From contig CP170459.1 in the NCBI GenBank assembly GCA_047947115.1, forward strand, positions 3,904,001 to 3,968,000: DNA of 64,000 bases, read 5' to 3'. Position 1 is the first letter of the stretch, and each line of letters starts with the position of its first letter. Made by a program: the position numbers and the translations under genes. This document shows, piece after piece, positions 1-8,556 of the stretch. The DNA is from Verrucomicrobiota bacterium. GTDB lineage: Bacteria > Verrucomicrobiota > Verrucomicrobiia > Limisphaerales > AAA164-E04. The notes under the pieces are model-generated. The model was not told the origin of the DNA, made no database searches, and saw only the letters and a list, made by a program, of their open reading frames with translations.

Positions 1-714
1 AAGCCTACTATTCGAGAGGCATGGGTGCTATTTTCGGTTGCTGCGGTCCTCCTGGTTTTAAAATCCCTTTTACTGCATTACCTTGGTGCTCCGTTGGATA
101 CGACGATGCATCTGAATTTCCTTCTGCTGAATATCTTTTTCAAAACCGGATCGATGGTGTCCATGGGGTGGATGGGAGTTGCGAGTTTCTTGAAGTTCAC
201 CCTGATGGCTTACATCTGGTTGTGGGTGTTGTGGAGGATCAGCCGGAAGGATTCCGCTGAGCAGTTGGTCGGCAGCCTCAAAGCGGGACTCGGCTTTGTC
301 GGAAGAATGCCCATGGTAGTTCAACCCATTTTATTGATACTTTTCGGGATGATTGGGTGGTTTCTTGTCGGGTTATCCTTCGGAGCCTTTGGAGTGTTGC
401 CGACATCGATTCCTTTGCCTCTACTGATCTGGCAGGCCTTTTGGATTTCCATCAGCGCCTGGGTGGGAGTTTATTGGATGATGCTTCTTATAATGATCGT
501 TTACCTTCTTCACAGTTACGTCTATCTGGGAAGTTGGGAAGGCTGGGATTGGATTGAAGGGATGGGGGATCGTTTGCTTCTGCCGCTGAAGAAGTTGCCG
601 TTGCAGTGGGCGCGCATTGATTTTGCGCCTCTATTGTTTTTGCTGCTGAATTGGCTGGTTTACTCGGCTTTTGTTCGGTTGATTCTTCACGGTTATCAGT
701 GGCGGCCGTTTTGA
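1..714 (+). CDS. Polytopic membrane protein with C-terminal YggT-like segment (5'-truncated by window edge)
   Basis: Frame is open from base 1. Several hydrophobic helices; C-terminal 'RLLLPLKKLP..ARIDFAPLLFLLL' resembles the YggT 'DFSP' motif. Confidence 0.55.
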   Translation, partial: KPTIREAWVLFSVAAVLLVLKSLLLHYLGAPLDTTMHLNFLLLNIFFKTGSMVSMGWMGVASFLKFTLMAYIWLWVLWRISRKDSAEQLVGSLKAGLGFVGRMPMVVQPILLILFGMIGWFLVGLSFGAFGVLPTSIPLPLLIWQAFWISISAWVGVYWMMLLIMIVYLLHSYVYLGSWEGWDWIEGMGDRLLLPLKKLPLQWARIDFAPLLFLLLNWLVYSAFVRLILHGYQWRPF

Positions 715-802
715 TTCAACTGATATTCCTCCCGTTTTTTCGAAAAAGTATTGGCAATGTCGGGTGGCTGTGCGCATTTTGGTGCACTAAAGCGATTGCT
801 TC

Positions 803-2359
803 ATGAGTAAAACGTTCTATCTGACAACTGCTATCGACTACGTCAACGGGCACCCACACCTGGGGCATGCCTATGAGAAGGTCATCACCGACGCCATCGG
901 CCGAGTTCACCGGAGCCTGGGGGAATCCACATTCTTTCTGACAGGGCTGGACGAGCACGGTCAAAAGGTTCAAAAAGCCGCCATGGAGCAGGGAAAAGGC
1001 TCACAGGAATACTGCGATGAATTGGCGGCAAGTTGGCAATCGTTTGTCGGTATGTTGGGACTGGATCATCGCGATTTCATTCGCACCACGCAGGACCGAC
1101 ATAAGAAAGTGGTGCAAACCATTCTCTCCAAACTGCATGCCGAGGACCATTTCTACAAGGCAACTTACGAAGGTTACTATTCGGCCAAGCAGGAAACCTT
1201 CCTGACAGAAAAGGATCGACATGAGGATGGTTCCTTCGACGAGATCTATGGTGAAGTGGTCCGCCTTGTGGAGGACAATTATTACTTCAAACTTGGACGT
1301 CATCAGCAGTGGCTGATCGATTACATCGAAGCCAATCCGGATTTTGTATATCCTGATAACCGGCGCAATGAAGTGCTGGGTTTTCTGAAGAACAACACAC
1401 TGGAAGACCTCTGCATCTCGCGTCCGAAATCTCGCTTAAACTGGGGAATACCGCTTCCTTTCGATGAGGACTATGTCACTTACGTGTGGTTTGATGCACT
1501 CACAAACTATGTCACGGTGCCTGCCTCCATGGGCGATCCGGCCTTGCCTGGATTCGACTTTACATCCGACAACCCACCCAGTTTGTGGCCTGCGGACATG
1601 CACATGATTGGCAAGGACATCCTGAAATTTCATGCTGTTTACTGGCCCATCATGCTCAAAGCCGCCGGATTCCAGCTGCCGAAACAAGTTTGCGTCCATG
1701 GTTGGTGGCAGAAGGATGGGCAGAAGATGAGCAAGACCACGGGTAATGTGGTGGATCCGGTCGCGGTGATTGACGAATGGGGTGTGGATGCTTTCCGGTA
1801 TTACATGCTGCGTGAACTGGATATTGGGCCGGATGGAAACTGGACAGATGACGGATTTCAATCGCGTTATGCAGCCGAGTTGGCGAATGGTATCGGAAAC
1901 CTTGTCAATCGGTCGCTTTCCATGCTCAATCGTTACCGCAACGGAGAAGTCCCGGCGATCTGCAATGAACTGGAGGATGAAGTCAATAATGCAGCACAGG
2001 AAGTCATCGACTTGTCGTGTCAGCACAAATTGCAGGGTGCTTTGAAACGGACGTGGGAACTGATTGCCCGCATCAACCAGTATATTGATCAGACAGCCCC
2101 GTTCAAACTGGCAAAAGATCCGGATCAGGCCGGTCGGCTAGGAGGGATCCTCTATACCTTGGTTGAATCCTGCCGTGTTATTGCTGTTTTGTTAAACCCT
2201 TATCTTCCTGGGACATCTGCTAAGATTTACGATCAATTGGCTCTGAAGGATACACCCGATCTCTTCAAGAAATCTAAGTGGGGAGGCATGCAGGCAGGTC
2301 ATGTCGTTGGCAAACCCGAGCCTCTGTTTCCTCGGAAAGACTTGCCGCCGAAAAAGTAG
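803..2359 (+). CDS. metG: Methionine--tRNA ligase (short monomeric type)
   Basis: FYLTTAIDYVNGHPHLGH (HIGH), GLDEHGQK, YVWFDAL, IGKDILKFH, KMSKT (KMSKS). Confidence 0.97.
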   Translation: MSKTFYLTTAIDYVNGHPHLGHAYEKVITDAIGRVHRSLGESTFFLTGLDEHGQKVQKAAMEQGKGSQEYCDELAASWQSFVGMLGLDHRDFIRTTQDRHKKVVQTILSKLHAEDHFYKATYEGYYSAKQETFLTEKDRHEDGSFDEIYGEVVRLVEDNYYFKLGRHQQWLIDYIEANPDFVYPDNRRNEVLGFLKNNTLEDLCISRPKSRLNWGIPLPFDEDYVTYVWFDALTNYVTVPASMGDPALPGFDFTSDNPPSLWPADMHMIGKDILKFHAVYWPIMLKAAGFQLPKQVCVHGWWQKDGQKMSKTTGNVVDPVAVIDEWGVDAFRYYMLRELDIGPDGNWTDDGFQSRYAAELANGIGNLVNRSLSMLNRYRNGEVPAICNELEDEVNNAAQEVIDLSCQHKLQGALKRTWELIARINQYIDQTAPFKLAKDPDQAGRLGGILYTLVESCRVIAVLLNPYLPGTSAKIYDQLALKDTPDLFKKSKWGGMQAGHVVGKPEPLFPRKDLPPKK

Positions 2360-2442
2360 TGCTTAAATTTGGCAGGTAATCCGGTTGAACTGTGTCCGGT
2401 GAGTAATCGTCACAACGTGTGATTCAAAAATTACGTGGGCGC

Positions 2443-3153
2443 TCAAGGTTTTGAGATACTGAAATTGAAATAAGTATCCGGGTAGGGTTCATTGTTCAGC
2501 GTAAAATGCCACCATTCCACCGCATAGTTCCGGAAGCCGTGTTTTTCCATTAATTGTTTTAACAGCAATCGGTTGGAGCGATGTTGCGGAGGAATGTCTT
2601 TATATGGAATACCCGCTTCTTCACCGAAAAAATCAAATGGAGTCCCCATGTTCAGAGGCTTTACTTTGCCATTTTTCCTGATGGAGCAAATGGTGAGATC
2701 GATGGTGCTGCCTCTTGAGTGACCTGACCGGTCCGCGATATAGCCTTTGGGGAAAAGTTCGGATTTTCTTAGTTTCGGAAAGAAACGGCGCCTGATTGCG
2801 TCATCCGTGTTTGGGGTTTTAGCCCATTCGACAAAGCATTCCACGGCATGCTGGGGACGATAAGCATCAAATACCAGCAGCGAGAGTCCCATCGAAGACA
2901 GCTCCGATTGTACTTTTTTCAAGGCCTCGGCGGCATCTTTGGTGATGAGGCATTGACCGCCCCGGTAGCCAGTCACGACATTGCCGGTAAAATTATCCGA
3001 AGTGGCGTATTTCAGCTGCAGTTGAATCCCTGGTATATGCTCTGTTAAAACGACAAAATCATCGGGCCGCGTGTCCGGATCGATATTTGAACGATCCGTA
3101 GCAACAGCAGTCAAACACATCAGTATCAGCGCAAGTTGCAGGGAACCCTTCAT
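2443..3153 (-). CDS. ddpX: D-alanyl-D-alanine dipeptidase (M15D, VanX/DdpX family) with signal peptide
   Basis: LKYATSDNFTG, FDAYRPQ, SGHSRGSTIDLT, MGTPFDFF and EWWHF motifs. Start could be 3189. Confidence 0.9.
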   Translation of the reverse strand: MKGSLQLALILMCLTAVATDRSNIDPDTRPDDFVVLTEHIPGIQLQLKYATSDNFTGNVVTGYRGGQCLITKDAAEALKKVQSELSSMGLSLLVFDAYRPQHAVECFVEWAKTPNTDDAIRRRFFPKLRKSELFPKGYIADRSGHSRGSTIDLTICSIRKNGKVKPLNMGTPFDFFGEEAGIPYKDIPPQHRSNRLLLKQLMEKHGFRNYAVEWWHFTLNNEPYPDTYFNFSISKP

Positions 3154-3367
3154 GGTTCTTCGTGCGATGGTTCTTAGAGGATGCATCATGAGCGAAGACT
3201 ATGTAAGAAATGAGCGGCGGGCAAGTTGTCGTTGCATCCTTGTATTTACGTCGTATGATGCTGTTAGGGATTCCGCCGGTTGTTTGCTGCGACATGTAAG
3301 TCATTAAGTGCCAGTTGGAACCTTCGAGAGGGTGCGGGTTGTGATAGAGAACGAATGAATAACGATC

Positions 3368-4741
3368 ATGAAAAATCATTCTGAACAAATCCTGATTTTA
3401 GGTGGTAGTATTTTTTTGGTGGGATTGATCATTGCAGATGTCCTGATACAGCGAAGTGCCCCCAAGGACAATCCTTCCATTCAAATGGCACAGGCAAGTG
3501 CCAAGGCAGCGAGTCCAGGTCATCCTGTTGATGTTGACACGAAAGATGTGGATCAGGCAGCTCCTGAGACGGACATCTCCGACGTGACCGATGAAATGCT
3601 CCCAAAAGTGGAGGAACAGACATCCATCGCAGTGCCATCAACCTTGCCGAATCAACCCGAAAGCAACCCACCCGGAGTCATGGCTGCATGGGGAGTTGAA
3701 AGCGCACCACCCCATCCTGTTCAAAAAGCCCCTCAGGAAATGCCGAAGGAAAGCCTTCATGATGCCTCCGGCGAACGGGTTGCGTGGTATCAATCCAACA
3801 CCTCCAATATTTCCCCGGCTCAGTTCAATGTATTTTTCAATGCCCTGCGTCCTTATGGCCGTTGGTTCAAGCATAATAATCACGGAGCGTGCTGGATCCC
3901 TCAGGTGAGTCAGGGGGATGCTCAGTGGCGTCCCTATCTGAGTGGTGGGAGGTGGGCCTATCAGGATGGGGCTTGGCTTTGGGTGTCGGATTACCGCTGG
4001 GGAAGTTATCCGTTCCATTACGGTCGCTGGTTTCACACTTCAAAAGGCTGGGCATGGAAGCCGGAAGGGCATTGGAGCGCTGCTTGGGTGAGTTGGCGAA
4101 ACAGTGATGCCTATTGTGGGTGGTCTCCATTGCCGCCTACCGATCAGGAGGTCGCCGCAGCCGTGGCTTCCACGCTGAACCATCGGATCAATACGAAGGA
4201 TCTAACCGCCGATCATTATGTATTTCTTCGCAAAGAACATCTGCTGGATCCGGTACCGACAGGTGAGCTATTGGATGCTCAGAAGGCCAAGCAGGCATTT
4301 GAAGAATCGACTCAAAGCGATCATTTTTATGCGGACAAGGGAAGCAGATGGTTTAACAAGGGGATTCCGGTTCAGGATGTGATGTCAAAGATTAAGATGG
4401 CGGAGTCCGCTCAAAAGACCGGAGCAGGGCATCAGACTCTGAGTCATTCGAATCAACAGGGCCCGGGGGGCATGACTCGCGGTTTGACGGGGATTCGCCA
4501 GGTGAGTGTGGGCACAGGCTTTACCCGGCAGCAAGGTCAAACCGGGCGTGCAGGAACGACAGCTATTCCGAGCCCATCCCTCGGTGCAAGCCCATCGCAG
4601 CAGGGACTGGCGCCACGACAGGTCCATACCACCACGCGCAGCGTGCAGGTGCAAAACTTGATGCGTGCCGAGCAAGCACCCAGCGTTGCAAACTACAACC
4701 GCGTTCAACCATTGAGCGTCCGGCAAAACGTTTCGCGCTGA
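3368..4741 (+). CDS. Membrane-anchored DUF6600-like Trp-rich domain protein
   Basis: N-terminal TM helix, Pro/Ser linker, then LRPYGRW..WRPY..GRWAY..WLWVSDYRWG..PFHYGRW..WSAAWVSWR..CGWSPLPP. Confidence 0.75.
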   Translation: MKNHSEQILILGGSIFLVGLIIADVLIQRSAPKDNPSIQMAQASAKAASPGHPVDVDTKDVDQAAPETDISDVTDEMLPKVEEQTSIAVPSTLPNQPESNPPGVMAAWGVESAPPHPVQKAPQEMPKESLHDASGERVAWYQSNTSNISPAQFNVFFNALRPYGRWFKHNNHGACWIPQVSQGDAQWRPYLSGGRWAYQDGAWLWVSDYRWGSYPFHYGRWFHTSKGWAWKPEGHWSAAWVSWRNSDAYCGWSPLPPTDQEVAAAVASTLNHRINTKDLTADHYVFLRKEHLLDPVPTGELLDAQKAKQAFEESTQSDHFYADKGSRWFNKGIPVQDVMSKIKMAESAQKTGAGHQTLSHSNQQGPGGMTRGLTGIRQVSVGTGFTRQQGQTGRAGTTAIPSPSLGASPSQQGLAPRQVHTTTRSVQVQNLMRAEQAPSVANYNRVQPLSVRQNVSR

Positions 4742-4786
4742 AGGTGGTGCTTTTCATGACCGGAAAAACCGGTTAATCATCTTCCT

Positions 4787-5485
4787 ATGTGCGGGCGCTA
4801 TTCTTACACTGGCAATCCGAACCATGTGACTACACGGTTAGGGATCAAATCGATCCCAAGCCAGGCCCGTTACAATATAGCTCCCGGACAACATGCGCCC
4901 GTTATCCGCAGTGTGGAAGGGCATCCGCCGATGATGGATCAATTGCAGTGGGGCCTGGTTCCTTTCTGGGCCAAAGATCCTTCCATTGGGTTCAGGACGA
5001 TCAACGCAAGATCAGAGAAAGCCGAGACAACCGGAAGTTTTCGTGCGCCCTTTCGCTATCGACGGTGCCTCGTGCTGGCGGACGGATTTTTCGAATGGAA
5101 AAAAATCGGTCGAGACAAGCAGCCCTGGCGTCTGTTGATGTCTGATGAATCCACTTTTGCGATGGCCGGTTTATGGGATCATTGGACGCGACCGGATGGG
5201 GCGGTGCTGGAGACCTTTACAGTATTGACTACGGAAGCGAATGAACTGGTTCAAGAAGTGCATGACCGAATGCCAGTGATCCTGGAACCCGAAGCCTGGG
5301 CGCCTTGGTTGAGCCAAAAGGTCAACCAGCCAGCGTCGGTCCGCCCCTTTTTAAAACCTTATCCTGCGGACAAGATGAAATCGTATCCGGTTTCAAATCT
5401 GGTGAATCGTGTTTCAAACGACACAGCCAAATGCATTGAACCCGTCGCGGTTCCGCCAGAACAGACCGAGCTGTTCTCGTTTTGA
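4787..5485 (+). CDS. SOS response-associated peptidase (SRAP/YedK/HMCES family, abasic-site protection)
   Basis: N-terminal MCGRY (catalytic Cys2), RYNIAP, WGLVPFW, INARSE, RRCLVLADGFFEW, HDRMPVIL. Confidence 0.95.
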   Translation: MCGRYSYTGNPNHVTTRLGIKSIPSQARYNIAPGQHAPVIRSVEGHPPMMDQLQWGLVPFWAKDPSIGFRTINARSEKAETTGSFRAPFRYRRCLVLADGFFEWKKIGRDKQPWRLLMSDESTFAMAGLWDHWTRPDGAVLETFTVLTTEANELVQEVHDRMPVILEPEAWAPWLSQKVNQPASVRPFLKPYPADKMKSYPVSNLVNRVSNDTAKCIEPVAVPPEQTELFSF

Positions 5486-5498
5486 ACCCAACACCCCC

Positions 5499-6047
5499 AT
5501 GAACCATCCAAGTCCTTCTGCCGGGCAAAATCTATGTCGATCCTGTGGGCTTTGCTGCGATGGAAGCCTTTTCTTTTTTACCCCCATTGGCGACTGTAAA
5601 AAGGACGATAAAAACCAAGGAAACATCCATTCCCGAAAGGAAGAAGTATTACCGCAGCCTTGTGTGCATCACGGAATGGAAAAAGGATGTTCCATCTATG
5701 CCACGCGACCAAATGTCTGTCGCAAGTTCAAGTGCCAGCTTTTGAGGGATCTTGAGGAGAACAAATCCACCATAGAGGAAGCCATGAGAGTGGTTGAGCA
5801 ACTGAACATATTACGGACAAGGCTCCTGGCGACGGTCAGAACGCATGTAGGCCACGTTGAAACAGAGCCCCTGTTCGTGTGCTTTGATCGTTTTCACACT
5901 CTTCAACGGCACAATCATTCAGATCATTTTCGTGAGAATGCCGAATGGTATCTCGATTGTATTGCTTTCATTCAACTTGTCAGAAAACGACTGTTGTCTG
6001 ACTTTATGAAAGTGGATGGCGATGCTGAATCGCAACACACTGCCTGA
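5499..6047 (+). CDS. YkgJ-family cysteine-cluster (Zn/Fe-chelating) protein
   Basis: CRSCGLCC...PCVHH..GCSIYATRPNVCRKFKC pattern; ATG at 5499. Confidence 0.8.
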   Translation: MNHPSPSAGQNLCRSCGLCCDGSLFFFTPIGDCKKDDKNQGNIHSRKEEVLPQPCVHHGMEKGCSIYATRPNVCRKFKCQLLRDLEENKSTIEEAMRVVEQLNILRTRLLATVRTHVGHVETEPLFVCFDRFHTLQRHNHSDHFRENAEWYLDCIAFIQLVRKRLLSDFMKVDGDAESQHTA

Positions 6048-6057
6048 TCGGATCCTC

Positions 6058-6076
6058 GCTTACATTTTTGTAATGC
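6058..6076. promoter_or_regulatory. Candidate CopR/CusR-type response regulator box
   Basis: gcTTACA-tttt-TGTAAtgc palindrome (TTACA-N4-TGTAA) about 90 bp upstream of degP. Confidence 0.5.
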
Positions 6077-6161
6077 AGCCGAAAGGTTGTGGATAGCTTC
6101 GTGTGTTTAGTTATGGGTGTCAGTTAAAACAATACGACATTCCATAGAGAAAGGGATACAC

Positions 6162-7664
6162 ATGAAAAAAACCATAGCGATTATTTGTTCAAAGGCGCGC
6201 CTCGGATTGATGGGCGCATTGTTGGTGGCAGTGGCTGCCTCGGCTGCGACCGGTTGGATGAAGGATATCAAAGGCTCAGGTGACCGTCCCAAGGCGACCC
6301 TGAACATCAATGACAAACCTCTGGAACGGGATGGACGCATGTCCGTCAGCTTCGCGCCCGTTATCCAGGAAATCTCTCCCAGTGTGGTGACCATTTCCAC
6401 GACAACAGAGGTCAAGACCCGTAATGGTTGGGACAACAACGGTTGGGAACAGTTCTTCGGCCGCAACTTTCCTGGTTTCAGATTTCCAGAAATGCCGGAA
6501 TCAGAATCCCGAAGCGGTCTGGGGTCCGGTGTGGTGGTGTCTCCAGAAGGATATATCCTGACCAACAACCATGTCATAGAAGGTAGTGACGAAATCAAGG
6601 TCATCCTGAGCCCCGACAACGAAGAACACATTGCCGAGGTGGTCGGAGTGGATCCCAAATCAGATGTTGCCGTACTCAAAATTGATGCCGATGGTTTGCA
6701 ACCTATCGAACTGGGAGACAGTGATCAGATTCTAGTCGGGGATATTGTGCTTGCCCTGGGAAATCCTTTTGGAGTTGGACAGACCGTCACGATGGGAATG
6801 GTCAGCGCCAAAGGTCGCGCTCACATGGGATTGGACTATGAGGATTTTATTCAAACCGACGCAGCCATCAATCCTGGCAACTCCGGTGGCGCACTCGTGG
6901 ATGCCCAGGGGCGTCTGGTGGGGATCAACACCGCCATCCTGAGCCGGTCGGGCGGCAACCTGGGAATCGGGTTCGCCATTCCAATCAATCTCGCCCGCAG
7001 TGTCATGGAAAGTCTGATCGATCATGGACAGGTGGTCAGAGGCTTCCTGGGGGTAAATATCCAGGACGTGAATCCAACGATGGCTCGTTACTTTGATCTG
7101 GACAGCAATGCAGGCGCGGTGATCGCGGACGTAGTCGCCGATAGTCCGGCTGAGGCTTCCGGGTTGAAGGCTGGAGATGTGGTCGTCAAATTTGACGGTA
7201 AAACGGTAAAGGACAGCCGTCACCTGAAGCTTCTGGTCGGTCAAAGCGTTCCGGAAAAAGATTACTCAGTGGAAGTTGTGCGTGGGGGCAAAATCAAGGA
7301 ACTGGACGTGGCCCTGGGCACCCTGGATTCCGACACACCCAAATGGGCCTCTCGTTCCTCGAAATACTCCAATCAGGAATGGCCCAATGACATGCGCCTT
7401 AGTGAACTGAATCCTGAGTTGCGTCGTGAGTATGATATTCCGGGCAGAGTGGACGGATTGCTGGTGACCGGCGTCAAGCAAGGCAGCGAGGCATGGAATG
7501 CAGGTATTCGACCAGGAGCGGTGATTGAGGAAGTGAACCGTGTTACCGTGGAATCATTCAAGGATCTGGGGAAGGTTGATTTCGCCGGTGATGAAGTGCT
7601 GGTTCGAGTCTGGATGGAAGGGAATTATGTTTATCGTGTGTTGAAAGATGGTTCGATGGGTTAG
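6162..7664 (+). CDS. degP: Do/DegP/HtrA-family periplasmic serine protease with two PDZ domains
   Basis: GSGVVV, LTNNHV (His), DVAVLKI (Asp), IQTDAAINPGNSGG (Ser), PDZ-like C-terminus, signal/TM segment. Confidence 0.93.
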   Translation: MKKTIAIICSKARLGLMGALLVAVAASAATGWMKDIKGSGDRPKATLNINDKPLERDGRMSVSFAPVIQEISPSVVTISTTTEVKTRNGWDNNGWEQFFGRNFPGFRFPEMPESESRSGLGSGVVVSPEGYILTNNHVIEGSDEIKVILSPDNEEHIAEVVGVDPKSDVAVLKIDADGLQPIELGDSDQILVGDIVLALGNPFGVGQTVTMGMVSAKGRAHMGLDYEDFIQTDAAINPGNSGGALVDAQGRLVGINTAILSRSGGNLGIGFAIPINLARSVMESLIDHGQVVRGFLGVNIQDVNPTMARYFDLDSNAGAVIADVVADSPAEASGLKAGDVVVKFDGKTVKDSRHLKLLVGQSVPEKDYSVEVVRGGKIKELDVALGTLDSDTPKWASRSSKYSNQEWPNDMRLSELNPELRREYDIPGRVDGLLVTGVKQGSEAWNAGIRPGAVIEEVNRVTVESFKDLGKVDFAGDEVLVRVWMEGNYVYRVLKDGSMG

Positions 7665-7678
7665 TTCAAAAACATGAG

Positions 7679-7718
7679 AGTTGGGCGGTGTTTGAATCAA
7701 GCGCCGCCCAACTTTTTT
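7679..7718 (+). terminator. Intrinsic terminator after degP
   Basis: agttgggcggtgttt-gaatc-aagcgccgcccaact stem-loop followed by a T run. Confidence 0.85.
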
Positions 7719-7887
7719 CCCATTGCCTATCCTAAACCAGGGGACATTCAAGCATTGATTGAGACTGAAGGCGCTGACCAGCAACAGAGTCCTCAATAGG
7801 GGGGGGCAAGCTGCCGCAGACCAAAGGCATTGCCCGGTGCGGTGATCTGTATTAGGTTCCAGCCAGCATAAACATAACAAACGATCC

Positions 7888-8556
7888 ATGCGCATACTTG
7901 TAGTAGAAGACGATAAGAAAATTGCCTCATTCCTTGAAAAGGGTTTGAAGCAAAGTGGGTTTGCCGTGGATGTGTGTCACGACGGAGAGGACGGGCTCGA
8001 TATGGCTCGGGGTTTTTCGTATGATGCAGCTGTTTTTGACCGTATGCTGCCGGGTATGGATGGCTTGGAAATGATCCGTTTGCTCCGTCAGGAAGGAGTT
8101 CACATTCCCGTGTTGGTGTTGAGCGCCAAAGCCTCTGTGGATGATCGTATTGAAGGGCTTCAGGCTGGGGGGGATGATTACCTGACCAAGCCCTTTTCCT
8201 TCACAGAGCTGCTGGCCCGCATCCAGGCCCTGATCCGTCGATCCAGTCATAGTGCCGAACCAACCCGACTGGATGCCGGTGATCTCCGAATGGATCTGTT
8301 GACTCGGGACGTTTTCAAGGGCGAAGAAAAAATTGAATTGCAGCCCAAGGAATTTGCATTGTTGGAATATCTGATTCGGCAACAGGGCAGGGTGGTCACC
8401 AAAACCATGATCCTGGAGCACATCTGGAACTACCATTTTGATCCTCAGACCAATGTGGTGGACGTTCTGGTGTCCCGTCTGCGAAACAAAGTCGACCAGG
8501 AGAAAGAGCGCATTCATACCATCCGAGGTGTTGGTTATGTCCTTAAAGCCCGTTAG
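7888..8556 (+). CDS. OmpR/PhoB-family response regulator (CusR/CopR-like)
   Basis: MRILVVEDD, FDRMLPGMDG, GGDDYLTKPFSF, LQPKEFALLEYL, FDPQTNVVDVLVSRLR, HTIRGVGY. Confidence 0.93.
   Translation: MRILVVEDDKKIASFLEKGLKQSGFAVDVCHDGEDGLDMARGFSYDAAVFDRMLPGMDGLEMIRLLRQEGVHIPVLVLSAKASVDDRIEGLQAGGDDYLTKPFSFTELLARIQALIRRSSHSAEPTRLDAGDLRMDLLTRDVFKGEEKIELQPKEFALLEYLIRQQGRVVTKTMILEHIWNYHFDPQTNVVDVLVSRLRNKVDQEKERIHTIRGVGYVLKAR

Noticed and set aside
2443..3153. VanX as a vancomycin-resistance cluster
   Set aside because: No vanH/vanA/vanRS neighbours; the signal peptide fits a housekeeping periplasmic dipeptidase.
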